Of a stretch of 64,000 nucleotides of DNA, positions 1 through 13,018 are shown one piece after another. The notes under the pieces are model-generated. The model had not been told where the DNA came from. It was given only the letters and a program-made list of their open reading frames with translations, and did no database searches. Numbering within the stretch: position 1 is the first letter of the stretch; each line of letters begins with the position of its first letter. The stretch lies in NCBI RefSeq assembly GCF_000143415.4, contig NW_003314385.1, forward strand, positions 153,296-217,295. The letters run 5' to 3'. A program made the translations under genes and the position numbers. This DNA is from Selaginella moellendorffii (lineage: Eukaryota; Plantae; Lycopodiophyta).

Positions 1-270
1 GTGTTAGACCACCGGTATGACCAAGGTAAAGGGGCATGGCCTTAGCGTAACGGGCTAGTATGTCGGTGGTACCTTGGGGTGTCGGTCTTGGGACCGGACA
101 CGTGGAGCACTTGGACTAAGTGCAAGGGATGAGTGGCATGGATGCCAATCTCGGGACTAGCAAGTCCCAAGTCCTGAATTGGCCTTAAGGAGGTTGTGAG
201 TGAGACTCCTCCAAGTGGTTGAAGGTGTGGTTAAGTGACTAAAGTAGAATGGAAAAATTAGTCGCTTACA
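1..270. mobile_element. End of a probable LTR of a second element nested in the copia pol region
   Basis: Non-coding segment ending ...GTCGCTTACA at 270 (reverse reads TGTAAGCG, a typical LTR terminus). Copia pol-like sequence resumes immediately after it. Confidence 0.45.
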
Positions 271-3200
271 TAATGGTGCCATGCATATCTCCACCTTGTG
301 ATGAAATTTAATGTCCATTGCCAAGATATGTGATCCAAATGCAATGGTAGTCTTTGATGCAAAGGGAGTCTCTTTGGTTGACTTTAGCAACTTTCATATG
401 CTTGGTACACAATTGCCATGTGGGTCACATATTAGGGACTTGTATAAGATCACTGTTGCTAACCAGGTTTAGGCCTTTCAAACCGTGGAGGCAGATTCTT
501 GTATAAAGCTTTGGCACAAGAGATTTGGTCATGTCCATTACCAATCTTTTCAACGGATGAAATCCTAAGATATTGTTACTAGATTGGATTTTCAATGTAT
601 CCCATCTACATTTTGTGAAGCTTATGTTTTAGGCAAGTATCACCAAAATTTCTCACCCAGCAAGCATCGAGCAATTGGACTTTTGGACTTGGTCCATTCT
701 GATATTTGTGGCCCTATGGACGTACTAAGCCATGATGGTGCAAGATATTTCATCACAATCATTGATGACTATAGCTGTCAGACATGCATCCACTTCTTGA
801 TACATAAGAGTGATGTAGTTGCTACATTTCAAATGTACAAGGCTTATGTTAAAAATTTCCTTGGTTGAAAGATAAAAGTTTTTTGAGTTGATAGTGGTAG
901 TGAATACCTCAACAATGAGCTTTAGGGCATCTGTCGTGATGTAAGCATACAATTGCAAGCCACAACCCACTACACCCCCCAGTAAAATGGTGTTGCAGAA
1001 AGGAAGAATCACACTTTTGTCAATGTTACTTGTGCTTTGTTATCTGATGCACATCTTAACAAGATGTTTTGGCAAAAGGCCATAGCCACAACAATGCATA
1101 TCCAAAATCGCCCTGCTATAACTGCTTTGGACGCCTCCATCCCTAATGTGCTTTGGATGGGTTCTACTCTTGATATGTCCCACTTTCGGGTCTTTGGTTG
1201 TGTAACATATGTGCTACCTCTAATCAACTTTAGAAAAGCTAGATCCCAAAAGTAAAAAATTTATCTTCATGGGATATGCACAGGACTATACCATTGGGAG
1301 AAAAGTTTACAAGTTGTGGGATCTTGCATCTCACAAGGCCCTTGTAAGCATAGATGTCATGTTCAATGAGGATGACTTTCCCATATGTATAGAAGCTCTT
1401 CAAAATCCTTCTTTCATTGTTAAGACTCAACTTATTCCTTTGATCTCACTTATGGGATATGGTCCACTCTTGCCTTTGCTTTTAAATCCGATTCATGAGT
1501 TGCCACTAGAGATTCCACTGGGGAATCCTCCACTTCTTGACATGCTTGAACCAGCTGATGCTCCTCCAGTCAAGGACAAGCCTTCGACACCTCCACCACC
1601 TTGTCGACGTCGTGGCATGCTTGACCCAATACTAGTTCTTGATCACCATCAAGAACATCGGCCCTCATTGAAAGTCCAGGAAAATGCTGAAACAAATGGT
1701 GTAGAGCTTGATGACTTTCATGGCCTAGTTGATGTTGGCATCCCCATAACCTATGATGAGGCTATCTCAAGATCTGAGGCTCCATCTTGAATGGAAGCTA
1801 TTGCAGAAGAAGTTGCTTCCATTTAGATTAACGAATATATTCCAGTTGATTCAGTGCCACCAGAACGACATATTTTGGATCCAAAATGTTATTTTCAAAA
1901 AGTATGGGAAAGATGGTCAGGTTATATGTTATAAGGCACAATTGGTTGTTTGTGGATTTTGCCAAGTCCATGGCCTTGACTACAATAAAACATTCTCACC
2001 AGTTGTAAAAATGGCCAACCTCTATACCCTTTTTGCACTTGTGGCTGCTCCCAAATGGCAAGTCCACCATATGAATGTCAAAATAGCATTTTTGAATGGG
2101 GATTTGCAAGAGGACATCTACATGCATATACCTCCTGGTTTTGAGGATGATATTGCCCATGGCTCTATATGGCAATTGTGGAAAGCTTTGCATGGCCTCA
2201 AACAGAGTTCCCATATTTGGTATCAAAAATTTTATGCCACTTTCGTTGCTACCACAATGTGTATGTGAATGGTCATACTAAAAGCATGCTTATTATGGCC
2301 CTCTACATTGATGATTTGCTCATCATGGGTGATGACACCAATGCCATTGCTGCTCTAAAAGCTGCTCTCAGCCAGCAATTCCAGATGAAAGACCTCGGCC
2401 AAGTCTCTTACTTTCTTGGCTTTGAGGTCACACGCAATCCTAAGTCTGGTGGCTACATGCTTAGCCAACAACATAAGGTCAAAGTCTTGCTAGATTGGTT
2501 TAGTATGTGTGATGTCAAGACCCTAATGGTTGTTGGTGCTATTGATCTCACAATTGAGTAGTCTGGTGAGCCTCTACCCACTAGGACTCCCTATTGGCAT
2601 CTCATCGGTTGCTTTATGTATTTGGCCTTGATGACTTGCTTCGACATCACATATGTGACTATTGCCTTGAGTCAGTACAACACATCACTAACCACTATAC
2701 ATTAGCAAGCTATCAAGCGTATCATGCAATACCTCCAGGGCACTATGGACTATGGCATTGTTTATTTAAGGGGTGATGCATCATTGATATGCTATATGGA
2801 CACTAATTTTGCCAACAACAAAAGCCATCACTCAACTTTTGGCATTTGCCTTTCCTTCTCAGGAGGTGCTATCGCATGGGCCTCCAAGCGACAATCTGTG
2901 GTGGCACTTTCTAGTGCAGAAGCGGAGTACATTGCACTCACTACTGGTAGCAAGGATGTACCCTGGGCTCAAGGGTTACTTGCTGAGCTGGGATGTGCAC
3001 ACGCTGACCCCACTACGTCTTGGTGTGACAACTGAAGCAGCATTGCCATGTCCAAGAACCCCGTCCACCATACTTGCTTGAAGCACATTAAAGTCCAATT
3101 TCACTATGTGCGTGAGTTAGCACCTTGGCTGTCCAACATCTCAGGACATGCCAGCCGACTTTCTCACCAAGCCGTTGGGGTTTCAGCTCCTATGCGACAG

Positions 3201-3314
3201 ATTTGGTTTGGTGAGTGGCTTTGGTTTGGGGGGGAGTGTCCTCACCACACAGACATTAGGGTTTTCCTGTTCTGTCCGCTAGCGGTGCGCTTTGATCCCG
3301 ATTTGTTGCAGTCA
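271..3314 (+). mobile_element. Degenerate Ty1/copia LTR retrotransposon (GAG-pre-integrase, integrase, RT, RNase H, PPT, 3' LTR)
   Basis: Fragmented ORFs contain LWHKRFGH, LDLVHSDICGP...YFITIIDDYS (integrase), KAQLVVCGF..G.DY.KTFSPV and LYIDDLLI (RT), and QSVVALSSAEAEY (RNase H). Order is INT-RT-RH. PPT GGGGGGGAG is followed by TGT at 3237. Many stops and frameshifts. Confidence 0.93.
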
Positions 3315-3540
3315 TACGCTTTCTGGAGCCTGAGCACCAAAGGAACTCACGTCACGATTCCCTCTCCATGAGGCAAACTTATGCCGGCAAGGGACTTGAG
3401 CACATTGATCACCAACAACAACGATCGTGCCTTCTTCCATGACATCCATGGACCTCAGCTTGTCCACCACGTCAAGCAAAGGCCGGAACTGAATGTTGAA
3501 TGAAGCATGGATAGGAGACTCTGAAGTCATTCGAAAAGAA
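3315..3540 (-). pseudogene. DRP4/Mx-like dynamin pseudogene, N-terminal fragment (copy A)
   Basis: FNIQFRPLLDVVDKLRSMDVMEEG-TIVVVGDQ matches the plant DRP4 N-terminus leading into the G1 motif. Frameshifted. Paralogous to 15850-16050. Confidence 0.75.
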
Positions 3541-3825
3541 CCTGTGGACCACAAAAGATGATCGAGCAAAAGTGCAAACAGAAAATCTACCTGGAGAGAA
3601 GCTCTGCCAAACACAAGCCACCATTGCACATAAATCTGAGGCGCACATATATACAGAGTGAGTTATCCGTTGATCTTCAAACATCGGTCGCCAAAGAACA
3701 AAAGCCAACAGTCAGCACATTGAATGCTCGCCACCTTCATTTTGATTCAAAGCCTGTGGAGGAAAAAAGTAAAAGAGTATGCACAATTTAGAAAAACAAC
3801 GAACCTTGGGTAGAGGTCAATCGAC

Positions 3826-4965
3826 TATTGCCGCTCAATCCACTTCTTCCCATGCACTCACAGCCTCGAAAAGCACACTCTTCACATGTTTCGCAGCTAG
3901 GCTGTTGAGAGTGGCCCTGTGCCACGTGGCTAGTCCACGAGTCGTATCAGCACTATCACACAGTTTCACCTTTTTTTTAGCTAGGCCACATCCAAAACAC
4001 ACGTTTGAAAAGCCAACATACTGAGCAGCACTATCGGAGTCCCACTCGGGAACAGGCCTTGCAACTCGCAAGCCCGTGTCGGCATCCCCGTGAACTTGGC
4101 ATGCCGCAAGTGGGATGCTGCTGGCGAATATGTCCACCATGCACACTGCTTCGTTAGCTTGACTGCACCCCTAGAAAACACTGGTAGATGTGATCGTGTT
4201 GGGCTTGAATCCTGCTGCAGCAGTTTCCTTAGAGATATAATTAAGCTCGGATGCTGTCACTGCTTTAAGCATTAGCTCCTACCATCACGGACAAGGAAAC
4301 TACATCATGTGGCCAAAGATGATTCACACAGCCAAGCTGTCCATACATTTTCACAAAAGCTGCAAACACCCTGTTGTTCCATTCAAAGGACCAGCTTTCA
4401 AGGGCTGACGTGAGTTTGGCATAAATTTCTCGTCCCCAAACAAGTGCTCGTATGCTTCCACAAGCCTCCAGCACCGCAACAGAACTTACCACCATTTTTG
4501 GAAGACATCCAGAGCCAGCATTGGCTCACCGTTTTGGACGTAACTAATGATCATAGTGGTCCAGGACAACGTCATTGGCACGCATTCGATCGAAAACCTC
4601 TCTTGCTTCCATACATGTTGATAAGTGCACTAGCAGCTGGAACGAGCTCCTCAAATTTCGGCTAGCTCGTGAAACTCTTTGCCTTGGTCGATGTTTTCGA
4701 TGTTTTCGATCACTGCACAATCATCGATGATCACATCAAACGCACGTATTCGAGAAAAGCCCGCCCTAGCAGCATTTTCTGGACAACATCAATAGCCTTC
4801 CTGTAATGCCGGTTTTGGGCATATGCCGTATTTCCTACATACTCGAAGAGTACGTGGCTAGAACCCATTGCGCCGTGGATCATCCTTCCCTCAGAAATGC
4901 TGCCAGCGCTATGCCAAGCGTGTAGAACGATGCTGAGCGTAAATTCTTTTTTGGGCGCACTTCAT
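3826..4965 (-). pseudogene. PLS-E PPR pseudogene (copy A)
   Basis: High nucleotide similarity to the intact PPR at 16287-17960 (ACQVHGDADTGL, VLFEAVSAWEEVD), with many deletions. Confidence 0.85.
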
Positions 4966-5559
4966 CGTGGCCCAGATTTAATTGATCTCGCAGAGCAAAT
5001 CCAGGTGCCTGTCTGGAATCCATTCCGTCAAGCACTATGGGACTCGCTCTTCTCCTTCGTCCCCCCCCCCCCCACCCACGCAATGCTGAAGGGGAGAGAA
5101 GCCACGGGCGCTGCCGAGAATGAGAGATGGGAGGCCAAGAGGTGGAGCAGGAACTGAGAACCTCTGCGCCCCCTGCTTCCGCCCCACCTGGTATACACAA
5201 AATGAGAGAAGGGGCATGGGCTTATATGCTCTATTTCAGGGGCTTGTCACCGCCATGGAGAGTTTGTGAGAAGGGAAGGGAGAGAGACTAGATCGGAAGA
5301 GGAAATTGATTAAAATGTGGAGGTGTCACCAAAGCAATGTTTGAAATTTATATAACCTTTATTGAGCTTAGAATTCTGGAGCCACGCTCCTCTCACATCG
5401 TTCGACTTGGCTTCCTATTCGATTTATTTATCAAACAATGAATGAACCATACCACAGCAAATGTGTCACACAGATTTTCCAATTTTGCAGCAGCCACAAT
5501 CTGTCATGGCCATTTAGTCTCGGCCGAAATGGGCTGGTCAGCGTGGTCAACGAGCCGCG

Positions 5560-5720
5560 CTCAACGTGTGAGCGAAGATTCAGCTTTAGCTTTGGACAGA
5601 GGTGTACATTTTTCTGCGTGAAATGATTACCTAGAGAGATTATTCAAGGAAGAGGATGCTCTGCCTAGAAGAATTTGAAAGCATGGCGCGAGTGGAGGAC
5701 TTTGTGGATCAAGCCTTGGA
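5560..5720 (-). pseudogene. Remnant of a UGT 3' end and 3' UTR
   Basis: Aligns by eye with 12903-13055 (ttcagcttt.gctttggacagaggtgtac...gtggaggactttgtggat). Confidence 0.7.
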
Positions 5721-6591
5721 AGTAAGTGGTCTTTTAGTTGTCTAGCCCAGGTTCCGGAGGACAGTCTCTGGTCGGATACTTCTTTGAAATCATCACATTC
5801 CTCTTAAAACTTTCTCCAAGCTTCGATCTCTGGACTCTCGGGAGGAGATGGTAGATTTTTCCCGTGACGGACTCCAGTCTCCTGGTGGAGTTTTGTGGGG
5901 TGGCCAAGTTGGAGAAGGAGATCATCGCGCAGACAAACGCGGAGATGTCGCGCAGTCCACTTGATGTCCGCCGGTGGTGCTGCCGAGGAGCCAAGTGTGG
6001 GTTTTAGGGACTGTACAAATAACAGTGTGAATAGCTCTCATCGCTTCCTGTCACTAATAAGAGCTAGATCAGTTGTGCTAACTAGTTGCACTTGATGTAA
6101 CATTTGAAATCTGGAAGTTTGTGTGCAATACTATGTTTAAGTACAGTAAAATTTGTTTAAGTTGCATAGCTAAATCAAGAGTTACAAAGTTATAAATGAA
6201 TTTTGGAGTGAGGAAAGAAATATTAAAGAGGTACACTTGAATTCCACCATATTGATGTTTGTCAACTAGAATTGGATGTAAACAAAGACCAACAAACTCA
6301 CTTAATATTTACAGCTCAAATAGTAGCATGGGCTAATAGAGATCTCTATACGGTAGTTTCCTCTTCAAACTTAATGGCCTCTCAAAATAAAGATTACCAA
6401 CATTGTCCAGAAAAACTCATGTACCTAATCAATGGATATGCAAAGTTCACAACACAGTATTTTTCCACACCTGAAACTTTTTTTGGGAGAAGTCATATGT
6501 CAATACAATGACAAATTCAATATTGTCAACTAAACATAGATGACTTTGAGTATTTGCTGCGACTTTTGGTTATTATCAAGTACTTGGGTGG

Positions 6592-8950
6592 CTAAGTACA
6601 AACACATTGGGGCCCTCCCCATCCTTGCGAGGCAAAGATGGACAGCGCCACCAGCAGTCCTCCACAGACGTATTTCCAAATGTTTGGCCACTGCTCCACT
6701 AAATAGCTTCCTAAGTCTTTGGAGAACTCTGTGTCGAAGGAGAGGCTGGGTAACTCGCCCTCAAAATCTGTGTCGAGGCTGGGTATCTCCTCAGAAGCTG
6801 TGTCGCCTACCTTGGGCTTGGACGACGGATCATAGCTTAGCTCGGCTAGAAGGCCAGAATTAGATTTTGCCACACCTTTCTCGTCTTCCGTCTTGCCAGT
6901 AGCCACAGAGCCCATACGCTCTGCCAGGCTCGCTGGCCTCTGATCTTCGACCACAAAGTCGAGAAAGGAAGTGATGTTCGAGTACTTGCTACGTAGAGCC
7001 TCGTCCCTGATAAAGACCTGGAGCTTGGTCTCGTACCAGAAGGTTCGGCGGATCGCGAGAACAAGCCCATGAGCACTCCCAGGATAACGATGTAGCTGCC
7101 ACACGTCCCTGCCAGACTTCAAACAGCATGGCACCAGCACCGTGGGGCACTGGGGACTAGGCAGTGGATAGACAAAAGCTCCTCCAGTGTCCTCCGACCG
7201 GCTGCATAGACGAGAGTCAGAGGAAGTATGGCACTACTGATTAGATCTTACACGTCATATAGCAAGGATAGAGCTTCCTTCCTCTGCATGCTCTCAACAA
7301 AAGACGGGACACGCTCCAAGTATCCCAAGGGTGACTGAAGAACCTGTGAGGCAACCAAACGAGAATGAGACAATGAAACAGCAACCATAACGCTTACCAC
7401 TTCTTCTGCAGCTTCAATAGCCCGAGATGGATCTTCCACTTCCTCCGCTTCGATATCTGGATCTTCCCCTTCTCCTGCTTCGTTGGGATCTTCCACTTCT
7501 GCTTCGAAAATAGTCCCATCCCTTGCGAGACAGTCATCTGCAATGAGAGGCAGGAGTTAGATGTCTAAGGAAAAACAAGGGAAAACTGTGCACGCACAGC
7601 TAATGTTTCGGAACGCTGCGAATGGAAACGTAGGGCTCCTCTCCAGCCACAGCCTGGCGTGCGTAACACAGAAGTAGACCGCGAGGCGGTGGGAGAGAAA
7701 GACGGAGTGAGGTGGCCGACGCGTCACCAGGTGGAGCAGGAGCTTGCTTTCCTGCACAGCGGACAGAAGCTCCTTGAATTCGATGTTTGTGACGTGACGC
7801 CACCGCCATGCAGGCTCTCGCTCCCCGTCCGCTTCCAAGTCCTCGGTCCGGTCTATCTCACCGACCCCGGTATAGCCAAGGACAGCGCCGAGGCTGCTCC
7901 GGTAAACGTTTTCCCAATCCGCCACCTCAACTGGAACGTAGCCTTCTTTGTAGAGTTTGGTCACCTCGCATTCCACAGCCTCTAGACGATCGGCCTCGTC
8001 ACCTCTGGCTCTGGCCTCCTTGATCCTGCTCCGGAGAGTGGCCAGCGAGGTGGCACAGCTCGGCCCATCCGCGTCACGTCTCGGTGGCGAGAGGAAGTAC
8101 GTGCTTCGAACAACTTTGGCTACGATGGTGCGAAGCTTGCCATGCTGCGGGTGCTCCCTGAAAGAAAAAACCAAGAGAAATTTAATAGAAGCCCTCGGAG
8201 TCGGCGTACATCTCACCTTTGCCAATCTTCTTCGACTGCATCCAGGGCGAGCATGGTGCCATCGTTGCTCAGTGCTCCCGCGGGGAGGGGCTGGAGGAGT
8301 GACGAGAAAAAGTTGACAAGAGCGGAGAGGGCTTCCTCCGTGACGCCTGCGGAGGATGCGCAGGCACGGAGCTCGGCAGCGTTGCCCTTGAGCAGCGACG
8401 ACAGATAAAGCAGCGCCACCAACCTGAAGAGATGGGGATCAGACGCCTCGGGAAGCCAGTCGTCACAACCCCAGATATACACCTGGAGCTCGTGGAAGCA
8501 CTCGGCATCGCGCAGGTCTTGCTGTGCGCACTCCACCAGTTCCTTGTCGAGATCCTTGAGGAACTGATAGACATCCCACTCAGCCCTGGATCCGGGATGT
8601 AAGGCAGCGCGGACAACACCCTCCATCCTAGAATTTAGGGCTCGCCACAACACTCCACTCTTTATACGTGCTGGTTTGCTTCTCCAGCACGTATCCCCAA
8701 TACCTGCAATGCATGGTAAGTATCTCGGGAGCCGGCAACTCTGGAAAGCGTCCTCTTGTAACAGATGCTTCCTGGGAGGACGCGGAGCAGGAGGTTGGCA
8801 AGCCTGCAAGTACTCAGATCCCGACGTCTCGTTCCCGGTCGCAGAATGCGGCTCCCAAGAGCTCGCAGCAAAGATGCAATTGCTGTGAGGACGTGTCTGC
8901 TGATCTCTCCCCGTATGATCAACATTGATTCGCCGATTTTCGGTAATACA
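6592..8950 (-). CDS. Multi-exon hypothetical protein with acidic repeats and a C-terminal hydrophobic segment
   Basis: Consecutive minus-strand ORFs (8213-8809, 7557-8225, 7248-7496, 6592-7140) separated by GT..AG-like junctions. No recognisable domain. Boundaries approximate. Confidence 0.5.
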
Positions 8951-9444
8951 GGTCGATCATAAGCAGCAGTTCGATGCTCCCAAAGAACTGCAAAAGACGA
9001 ACAGCTACAGAGCATTGTTCTGAGAATGTGATAACAAACCTATAACCGCGAGGACTGTATTGATTCACAACCACCGCCTCTGCCAAAATCTATAGCGCAC
9101 AGAAAAACTCTTTCAAACATATTTGTTTACTGGTTAAGAAATCGAGGAAGAACAAGCGGGATTGAAAATGATCGAGCTCCACGTGCTGTAACTGTATTTC
9201 TAAAGTAAACGAACTACGCTGTATCAAAGAGCCTAGTAGCTTTTTCACAAGCTACAGACAAAGAAAACCAATTCAGATGGCTATCAAACTAAGTTCAGTT
9301 GAACATTTAACATGCAGTAAGAGTTTCCAAAAACTATGGTGGAACGGAAAGCTTATTGAAATAGATGAATCAGACTGTGGAATAGACACTTCCAATAACA
9401 TATCATGTACACTTAATGGAATTGGAAAGAGCAGGACATTCAAA

Positions 9445-9650
9445 TCTGCACAAGCGCGATGAAGGAGACCGACCAGTGTGCCGTTTTGTGGACTTCAAAA
9501 ATGTGTTCGATGCCGTTCGACGGCACGCAATCAGAGCACCACCCGACATCGTGAACACAATCCTCTACACATGCATTCAAGCCGCGCTGGCCGGACAAGC
9601 CCCCGTCCCATGCGATGCAGGGTCAAGCAGGGATACCCCATTTTAGCTTG
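9445..9650 (+). mobile_element. Non-LTR (LINE) reverse transcriptase fragment
   Basis: FVDFKNVFDAVRR followed, after a frameshift, by VKQGYPIL. These match the LINE RT motifs DF.KAFD.V and G.RQG.PLS. Confidence 0.7.
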
Positions 9651-9889
9651 GTCTAATTTTCAAAGTGAAGAGATTATTCATGCTCTGTGTCAACAAGAAC
9701 ATGCTCTGTGTCAATTCAAGGAAGAATTTGAAATAACAAACAAAACAAACTTACATACCATCGATAGATGGAACTCAGTGGAACAGCTTGCGACCGCTGC
9801 TGTTAACTTGTGCCACCACCGCAGCGCACTTGTGCAAGTTGTCCATGCTCTGTGTCAACTAGTCAGCTCGGGATCCTCTCCCTCATATC

Positions 9890-10880
9890 CACATTGAGTC
9901 CTGCCTCATCTTCTAGATCTTCCAGCAGAGCCTTCTCTAGGTTGTAAGTGAGTATCTCGTCCGAGAGACGAGCTAGCTCCACTTTCCAGTATACTCACAA
10001 TCATCTCCACAACTTGTTGGTCTGCCGTATCAAACGTGGTGTCTGGGATTCCAGGAATTGACACTGAAGTCGCCTGGGGCTTACATCGGCGGCTCGAGAC
10101 TGAGATAGTTCTTCTCCTTTCTGAGCTTGCGCTTGACGAACTCCTCGCACTTGGCCAAGCACCGACCAAAGACGATCTCAACTTTCTCGCCATAGAGAAC
10201 TGAAAAACTGGGCCATCCTAGGCCTGAAGTGTGGCTCAACACCAAGTTTGCAGCCGTGTCCTGGACATAGTCGTGAGCAGAGGTAACCACCTGGAAACAT
10301 ATTTCTTCCATCTTGCTGGCCACAACAAGCACCAACGATGGAAGAAAGTTTGGCAGTTCCACTCCCTTGGACTCGACCAGGAAACCAGCAACAGTGTCAA
10401 GATTTTCGCGGCTTGAAAAGTCGGGATAGCTGGCCCAGAGTTCCCTGTGAAACTCCTTGTATAGGCGAGCAGTGTAGTGCATCTGCTTATCACTTCCAGA
10501 CTTGATACACTTTCCTGTCACAAGCTGCTCCAGCTGCTTCTATACCTTGTGAACACCCTTGTAGTGCTCAAACGAAGGATCTGCCGCACCATGTCTTGGA
10601 CAGGTGCTTGTTCTCTTTAAACAGATATTTCTCCTGCGCTCTGGTTTCTCCTGCGCTTTGGCTTCTTCGTGGGAGCTCTCATTATCCATCTTGTTTCCGG
10701 ACACAAACGTAGCCCAGCCCAACCTTGACCATGTTGGTGACAACTTTGTTGTAGAGACCTTCAGGAGCACAGTCGACTTTGGTGACCAACGCCAGCGTCC
10801 TGCTTGTCAACTTGCTTGTCAACTTGCTTGTCAATGACACACAGGTCAAAAAGTCTGTTGGCCGGCTGATTATCAAGCTG
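9890..10880 (-). pseudogene. DRP4/Mx-like dynamin pseudogene, G4 to middle domain (copy B)
   Basis: RTLALVTKVD (G4 motif TKxD), GLGYVCVR, HYTARL, ESKGVELPNFLP. Frameshifted. Confidence 0.8.
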
Positions 10881-10919
10881 GCAAGGGATTTGACTTTCCA
10901 CTAGATTGATTACTAATGG

Positions 10920-11490
10920 TTAGTAGTTTGATGTTTTCTTGCCGAATACTTGAGTTATATATAAATGGGACAACAATGGCATTATAATTCTCATTATTGT
11001 CCTAAAGTGGATGATTTAGTATTAGTTTGTTTTCTCAATTTTATGGTATATGATTTGTCCAAGTTGTTTAGTGGAAAAGACTATATCATGTGTTGCAAAA
11101 AGTTGGACTATAAGTTTATAAAGTTTGGCATAACATTTAGCAAATCAATTTTCTAAAAATTATGCATGTGTAACAATTGAAATACTTTATATAAAAGGAT
11201 CAAGAACAATTAATACCACATACAGATCCACTAACACTTCTTCTTGATGTTCCTCTAAATCTTGGCACATCCATGTAAAAACCTTAATAATCTTCCATCA
11301 TTTTAAGAAAGGAGGGTGATGTGGGGGTTTCAATTATACAGTTACAATGTTATATATTAATATTAACATAGTAGGATTTTGGTAGTTGTCAAATTTGTTT
11401 TAATTTAGATGATTTGCTCTTGTATATAAATTAAGATTTTTGGGCTAATTGATATTTTTATATTTCATTTCCATATTCTATGCACTTACA
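10920..11490 (+). mobile_element. Ty3/gypsy remnant: integrase end, PPT and LTR (11320-11490)
   Basis: Homologous to 48750-49278 and 43298-43472. PPT AAGAAAGGAGGGTGA followed by TGT...TTACA. Confidence 0.75.
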
Positions 11491-11794
11491 ACTTTTAAAA
11501 TATAATCTATTTAAAATCCAAGTTAATTACAATTCACTACCTCTGCATCATTTTTTCCTGTGGTGAAGGGCATTAGGGACCCAATGAGCACTTTTCAAAC
11601 TAAAAAAATGAGACCAAATGGTTCATTGTCATTGTCAATTCTCCTCTCTCACAGGTGTTTTGATTTATAACATGCCTTTTCATTGAGGTGAGGAGGTTTG
11701 ACAAGATGCAATGAAATGATCCTCATGTCTCCTCTCGTGTCCACCGTTATGAGAAAGTTCTGGCGGGGCAGCAGGGTCTCGACACGGGTCGTGG

Positions 11795-12175
11795 AGTTGA
11801 CAACATCAATAGCCTTCCTGTAATGCCCGTTTTGGGCATTTGCTGTATTTCCAGTACGTGGCTCCGTGGATCATCCTTCCTCAGAAATACTGCCAGCGCT
11901 AGAGCAAGCGTGTATAACGATGCTGAGCGTAGATTCGTTTGGGCACACTCCATCGCGGTGCATTCTCCGGAAGAACTGCAGTCGATGCAGCTACACTTCC
12001 AATACATGTCCACCAGGAGATTCCCAAGCACCAGCTCGCGATCCATGCCCGTTCGGTAGAGAGGCTTGCCCTCTGCCAGGGATTGCGAGGTGGTGTAGTG
12101 CCACACCAGTCGCGACCACGCAAATGCCGCTGCGAGACTTGGGGTGGTGGAGACGGAGAAGAGCAAGTCCCATGG
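11795..12175 (-). pseudogene. PLS PPR pseudogene, 5' fragment (copy B)
   Basis: AFAWSRLV...SQSLAEGK...MDRELVLGNLLVDMY, paralogous to the N-terminus of 16287-17960. Confidence 0.8.
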
Positions 12176-13018
12176 TACTTGTAGGGATAGAATTAACAAT
12201 TTTGCGCTTGATGATTTCACTCCTGTCTTCCACCTTGTGGTCGCGCAATCACTTCCATCGCTATCAACTTCTCTGGATATTAAGCAACGTCTTGGGCAGT
12301 AATTTCACACTGGCAATGTGGATCTTGCGCAAACACTCCATCGCGTGCTTCAGAGTCTCGCCCCCTCAGTGATAATGAGCTTCGAAGGATTGGAGCACTG
12401 CTCCCTGATACCACCATCGCTCATCATAACGACGATTAAGACAGTAGAGCTAGTTGACCACGTCCATGTTTTGGCTTTGTTTGCTTTCAACTGCGGGGGA
12501 GGTCGCAGTGAGTCCCCGGCCCGTGACTGGTGGAGAGGCCGTGAATGCAAGCAACACCACCCGACGTCTCTTAAATAAAGGGCTTGCGCTCAGAAGAAAG
12601 AGAGCTCTTCGTCAAAAGGAGATCAAGCGACCGGAACAAGTACAAGGTTATAAAGATGTTCTCGCACACAATTTGTCTTCCTTTGTTAACTCTGTTGGTC
12701 CAGATTTAATTGGGGGAATGTAGCAAAACCATTGCAAGATCGGCTTTTTGGATCCAGCCACACCCACCCATCTATCAAATCCTCTATGGTTTCACAGCAA
12801 TGCACGGTCGCCACCCTTCTCGCAGAGCAAATGCAGGTGCCTGTATGGAATCGATTCCGTCAAGCACTATGGGACTCGCTCTTCTCCTTCGTCCCCCCAC
12901 CCAACGTGTGAGCGAAGCAATCCTTAAATTCAGCTTTCGCTTTGGACAGAGGTGTACGTGAAATTATTAGAGAGATTATTCAATGAAGAACATGCTCTGC
13001 CTAGAAGAATTTGAAATT

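Noticed and set aside
5734-5994. Short ORF ending RDCPPEPGLDN, faintly like a CLE peptide
   Set aside because: No ATG before the hydrophobic segment, and the motif does not fit the 12-residue CLE consensus.
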